64,000 bases of DNA, taken from the NCBI GenBank assembly GCA_963677925.2, contig CAXXYH010000003.1:480001-544000 (forward strand), written 5' to 3'. The translations under genes and the position numbers were made by a program. Below the pieces are notes generated by a model, which worked only from the letters and a program-made list of their open reading frames with translations, was not told the origin of the DNA and did not search any database. The DNA comes from Spirochaetia bacterium (lineage in GTDB: Bacteria; Spirochaetota; Spirochaetia; UBA9216). Below, in pieces: positions 60,315-64,000 of this stretch (positions are counted from its first letter, which is position 1; each line of letters starts with the position of its first letter).

Positions 60315-61244
60315 TCAGTCTTCGTTAAGAATTGGAATATACTGTCCGTCTCTTGAGAGAAATGTATCAGGAAATACTGCTGCGGCCTCTTTCAGCATAT
60401 GTTTCAGATCATATTCGGTATATCGTGGACTGTAATGTATAAGCCCCATCTTTTTTACACCGCCTGCCGCCTTGGCAGTTTCAGCAGCTTGTACAGCAGT
60501 CATGTGACGTTTTTCCCAAGCACTATCCTTCAGTTCATCACAGAACATACCTTCACAGATAAGCAGATCTGAATCCTTTACAAATTCGGGCATTTCAGAA
60601 GTAACTGCGGTATCGGTAATAAATGAAAACTTTCTGCCTTTCCTTGCTTCACCAAGAACATCACCGGGCTTGACTGTTACCCCATTTTCAAGAATAACAT
60701 CTTCTCCCCGCTGCAGCTGCGACCAGAGAGGACCTTTGGGAACGCCCGACGCAACAGCTTTTTCAGGAAAAAAGATCCCGGGTCTGTCTTTTTCTACAAG
60801 CGAATAACCGACACAAGGCCTGGTATGATTGAGCTGTATGGTTTTAATGTAAAACTCTTCATTTTCATAAATAACACCGGGCTCAAAAATCTCCTTAACT
60901 ACTATCTCATAATTAATGTACATCTCCAGAACCCTGCGGCTTGTCTCAACATATTCTTTTATTCTTGGCGGTCCGTAAATAAATAGAGGTTCATCACGAT
61001 CAACCTGAGATGAAAGCATCAGAATGCCCGGAAGCCCGGTCACATGGTCTGCATGAGTATGGGAAATAAAAATAGAATTAATCTTTTTCCACTTCAGATT
61101 AAGTTTTCTTAATGAAACCTGTGTAGATTCACCGCAGTCAAAAAGAAATAAATCACCTTCCCTTCTTAAAAGTACGGAAGTCAAAAATCGGTAAGGAAGA
61201 GGCATCATGCCTCCGGTTCCTAGTATAAAAGCTTCAAGATTCAT
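60315..61244 (-). CDS. rnz: Ribonuclease Z
   Basis: LGTGG..P, FDCGE, HTHADH, GPLW exosite, HYSPRY. Confidence 0.95.
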   Translation of the reverse strand: MNLEAFILGTGGMMPLPYRFLTSVLLRREGDLFLFDCGESTQVSLRKLNLKWKKINSIFISHTHADHVTGLPGILMLSSQVDRDEPLFIYGPPRIKEYVETSRRVLEMYINYEIVVKEIFEPGVIYENEEFYIKTIQLNHTRPCVGYSLVEKDRPGIFFPEKAVASGVPKGPLWSQLQRGEDVILENGVTVKPGDVLGEARKGRKFSFITDTAVTSEMPEFVKDSDLLICEGMFCDELKDSAWEKRHMTAVQAAETAKAAGGVKKMGLIHYSPRYTEYDLKHMLKEAAAVFPDTFLSRDGQYIPILNED

Positions 61245-61266
61245 CGTGAAAAACCTATCACAAAAA

Positions 61267-61866
61267 CTACTTTTTTGAAAGCATTTTCAAAGGATGCCCT
61301 GATAGTTTGAGATAGTCTCTCAGGGTTCTGGTTGATGAGCCGCCTACCTTCTGAAGGCAGACAAGAAAAACTTCCATACATGCTGCGGCATCATCTTCAG
61401 CGCGATGTGCATTTTCAAGGTTAATGCCGAGGTTCATTGCCAGACTTTCAAGAGTGTAACGCTGGTAACCACGCAGATGCCTTCTTGAAAGTGCAAGAGT
61501 ATCAACAAGCGGAAGTTCAGGAACAAGCCAGCCGCAGTCGGAAATACTCTGCCTTAAAAATGCAGCGTCAAAACCTATATTATGCGCAACGAGTACCGAA
61601 TCTTTTATAAAATCAATGAAGTCGGGAAGTATTACATCTATTGAAGGCTTGTCCGCTACCATATCATCAGAGATTCCGTTTACAGCCGAGGCAGCCTCTG
61701 GAATTCCGATTTCCGGATTTATCAGACCGGAAAAACGGTATTCTGCACCGCAGAGATCAAATTTTACCGCCCCTATCTCAATAATTTTATCCTTATCAGG
61801 ATAGAGGCCGGTAGTTTCAAAGTCAAAAGCGACGTAGGAAAGTTCGTTAATTTTTTTGTTCAGCAT
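61267..61866 (-). CDS. DEDDh 3'-5' exonuclease (DnaQ/PolC-exo-like)
   Basis: FDFETTG, AHNIGFD, HRAEDDA. Confidence 0.92.
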   Translation of the reverse strand: MLNKKINELSYVAFDFETTGLYPDKDKIIEIGAVKFDLCGAEYRFSGLINPEIGIPEAASAVNGISDDMVADKPSIDVILPDFIDFIKDSVLVAHNIGFDAAFLRQSISDCGWLVPELPLVDTLALSRRHLRGYQRYTLESLAMNLGINLENAHRAEDDAAACMEVFLVCLQKVGGSSTRTLRDYLKLSGHPLKMLSKK

Positions 61867-64000
61867 GCTCTGTCTGTTCTTTATTGTTTTTCTTTAAACG
61901 GAACTTTATCTTTTCATTTCTGCTTTCAACAAGAATATGATCTCCGCTCTTGAAATTACCCTTCAGAATTTCCATTGACAGCGGATCTTCTATCTCATTC
62001 TGAATAGTTCGTCTTAAAGGTCTTGCTCCGTATTTTACATCATAACCGATTTCTATAAGACGCTCTTTTGCCTTTTTGCTGATTTCAATGAAAATATTAT
62101 TCTCAAACAGTCTTATAGCTACTTCAGACATCATAACATCGAAAATCTCGCTGACATTAGCCTTATCAAGACTGTGGAATACTACAATATCATCAATTCG
62201 GTTCAAAAATTCAGGTCTGAAAACCCTTCTAAGCTCATTCATGGCAGAAGTTTTAATTTCGCCGTGATCCATCAAACCCTCAGAAACCTGAAAACCAAGA
62301 GATGAACCCTTTGATATTTCCCGGGCACCTGCATTACTTGTCATAATCAGAACTGTATTTCTAAATGACACTTTATGTCCAAGGTTATCAGCCAGTTCAC
62401 CTTCTTCGAGAACCTGCAGCAGCAGATTAAAGACATCAGGATGGGCTTTTTCAATTTCATCAAGAAGAATAACACTGTAAGGACGTCTCCTTATCTGTTC
62501 TGTAAGTACACCGCCCTCCTCATAGCCGACATATCCAGGAGGAGCTCCTACCAGCCTTGAAAGGTTGTGTTTTTCCATGTAATCAGACATATCTATTCGG
62601 ATAAGGGAATCCTGATTTCCAAAGAGAAACTCTGCAAGAGTTTTTGCAAGAAGAGTTTTACCAACACCCGTAGGTCCAAGAAAGATAAATGAACCCATCG
62701 GCCTCGTAGGTGAACTGAGACCGGTCCTCGATCTTCTTATCGATGATGCGACTACTTTAATGGCATCATCCTGGCCGATAACTGTCTTGTGAAGTTCTGC
62801 TTCAATTTTAAGAAGCCTTTCAGATTCTGTCTGTACAAGCCGGAACAAGGGAATACCGGTGATATTTGAAATCAGTTCCTGAATATCCTCATCAGTTACT
62901 ACATTTTTCTCATGTCTCAGCGTATCCTGCCAGCCCTTCTTTAGCTCTTCAACTTCAGATTTCATCTGACGGACCTTGTCACGTACAGCGGCAGCCTTTT
63001 CGTAGTTCTGGCTGTTTACCAGCGTGATCTTTTCCTGGGTAAGCTCCTCTATCTTCTTCTCCATATCTGCAAGTTCTTTTGGCCTGATGCTGTTGTTTAT
63101 ACGTTTGTATGAACCTGCTTCATCTATAAGATCGATTGCCTTGTCAGGCAGAAACCTGTCCGGTACGTACTTATCTGAAAGCTTGGCTGCAGCAATAACA
63201 GCCTCATCGGTATATTTAACATTATGATGTTCTTCGTAATTGGCTTTCACTCCATGAAGTATGGCAATGGTATCCTCAACATTCGGTTCTTCGACAAGGA
63301 TGGTCTGAAAGCGTCTTTCAAGTGCCGCATCTTTCTCTATATACTTCTTATATTCGTTCAGGGTGGTGGCACCAACGCACTGAAGCTCTCCGCGGGATAA
63401 TGCCGGCTTTAGCATATTTGATGCGTCTATGGCCCCTTCAGCACCGCCTGCTCCTATAATTGTGTGAAGTTCGTCAATAAACAGAATAACATTTCCAGCC
63501 GCTCGTATTTCTTTCATTACACGCTTAAGTCTCTCCTCGAATTCACCGCGGTATTTTGTACCTGCTATAAGTGAGGCCAGATCAAGGGTAAGAACACGCT
63601 TTCCAATAAGAACCTCCGGGGCTTCTCCATCTACAATTTTCTGGGCAAGTCCTTCAACTATGGCTGTTTTACCAACTCCCGGTTCACCGATAAGTACGGG
63701 GTTGTTTTTATTACGTCTGGCGAGAATCTGAATTACACGCTGGATTTCCTTCTCACGTCCGATTACAGGGTCAAGCTTTTCCTGTCTGGCGTATTCGGTC
63801 AGCTCCCTGGCAAACTCATCCAGAGTAGGTGTGGATTTTTTGCTGTTAATAGGCAGCTTTTTCCTTGCAGGTTCATCAGTCTGGGCAGGTTTCTGCTTAA
63901 CATTCCCGGGTCCTCTGATTTCAATCACTGTATTTCTTAAGTCATCCGGATTAACCGAATACTTGATGAAAAAGCGTGATGCTATACTACCCGCTTCATT
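61847..64000 (-). CDS. clpC: ATP-dependent Clp protease ATP-binding subunit ClpC (5' end outside the window)
   Basis: Two AAA+ modules ([16 protein letters not shown]), UVR segment, LGF ClpP-binding loop; the frame stays open to 64000. Confidence 0.93.
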   Translation of the reverse strand, partial: NEAGSIASRFFIKYSVNPDDLRNTVIEIRGPGNVKQKPAQTDEPARKKLPINSKKSTPTLDEFARELTEYARQEKLDPVIGREKEIQRVIQILARRNKNNPVLIGEPGVGKTAIVEGLAQKIVDGEAPEVLIGKRVLTLDLASLIAGTKYRGEFEERLKRVMKEIRAAGNVILFIDELHTIIGAGGAEGAIDASNMLKPALSRGELQCVGATTLNEYKKYIEKDAALERRFQTILVEEPNVEDTIAILHGVKANYEEHHNVKYTDEAVIAAAKLSDKYVPDRFLPDKAIDLIDEAGSYKRINNSIRPKELADMEKKIEELTQEKITLVNSQNYEKAAAVRDKVRQMKSEVEELKKGWQDTLRHEKNVVTDEDIQELISNITGIPLFRLVQTESERLLKIEAELHKTVIGQDDAIKVVASSIRRSRTGLSSPTRPMGSFIFLGPTGVGKTLLAKTLAEFLFGNQDSLIRIDMSDYMEKHNLSRLVGAPPGYVGYEEGGVLTEQIRRRPYSVILLDEIEKAHPDVFNLLLQVLEEGELADNLGHKVSFRNTVLIMTSNAGAREISKGSSLGFQVSEGLMDHGEIKTSAMNELRRVFRPEFLNRIDDIVVFHSLDKANVSEIFDVMMSEVAIRLFENNIFIEISKKAKERLIEIGYDVKYGARPLRRTIQNEIEDPLSMEILKGNFKSGDHILVESRNEKIKFRLKKNNKEQTEHAEQKN

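Overview
This 64-kb window is gene-dense chromosomal DNA, most likely from a free-living spirochaete. The S21, RecJ, Lon, RNase Z and ClpC sequences and the YGVWVK-type acidic protein look spirochaetal by recall; no database search was run. Left to right: (1) 1-6.8 kb, a self-contained mannitol-family PTS operon (EIICB, EIIA, SorE/YggP-type dehydrogenase, 1-PFK-family kinase, HPr, EI, BglG/MtlR regulator). (2) 6.9-29.4 kb, an accessory patchwork including oxyR/ybaN/katG, yaaA, trpB2, GNATs, hydrolases, orphan ABC permeases, a PIN-like gene and one deletion pseudogene. (3) 29.5-50 kb, mostly core genes (serC, rpsU, recO-recJ, lon, U32, ilvD, DUF1015, ftsB-like) plus a small ROK-controlled operon. 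(4) 50.2-58.3 kb, an operon of two very acidic proteins, one with a 27 x 21-bp coding tandem repeat, followed by two Maf/DUF115 paralogues. (5) amrB, a degenerate GGDEF protein, rnz, a DEDDh exonuclease and a truncated clpC. No rRNA, tRNA, CRISPR, IS, integrase or prophage was recognised. Best leads: the acidic scaffold-plus-Maf operon; rpsU with a 13-nt anti-SD-complementary leader and a probable ATC start; a candidate sRNA with an anti-SD seed; a dead DEDDh-like domain inside RecJ; a WYL/DriD-like box at a leaderless promoter; and a pseudo-caspase lipoprotein coupled to orphan ABC permeases. All family assignments come from motif recognition by eye.
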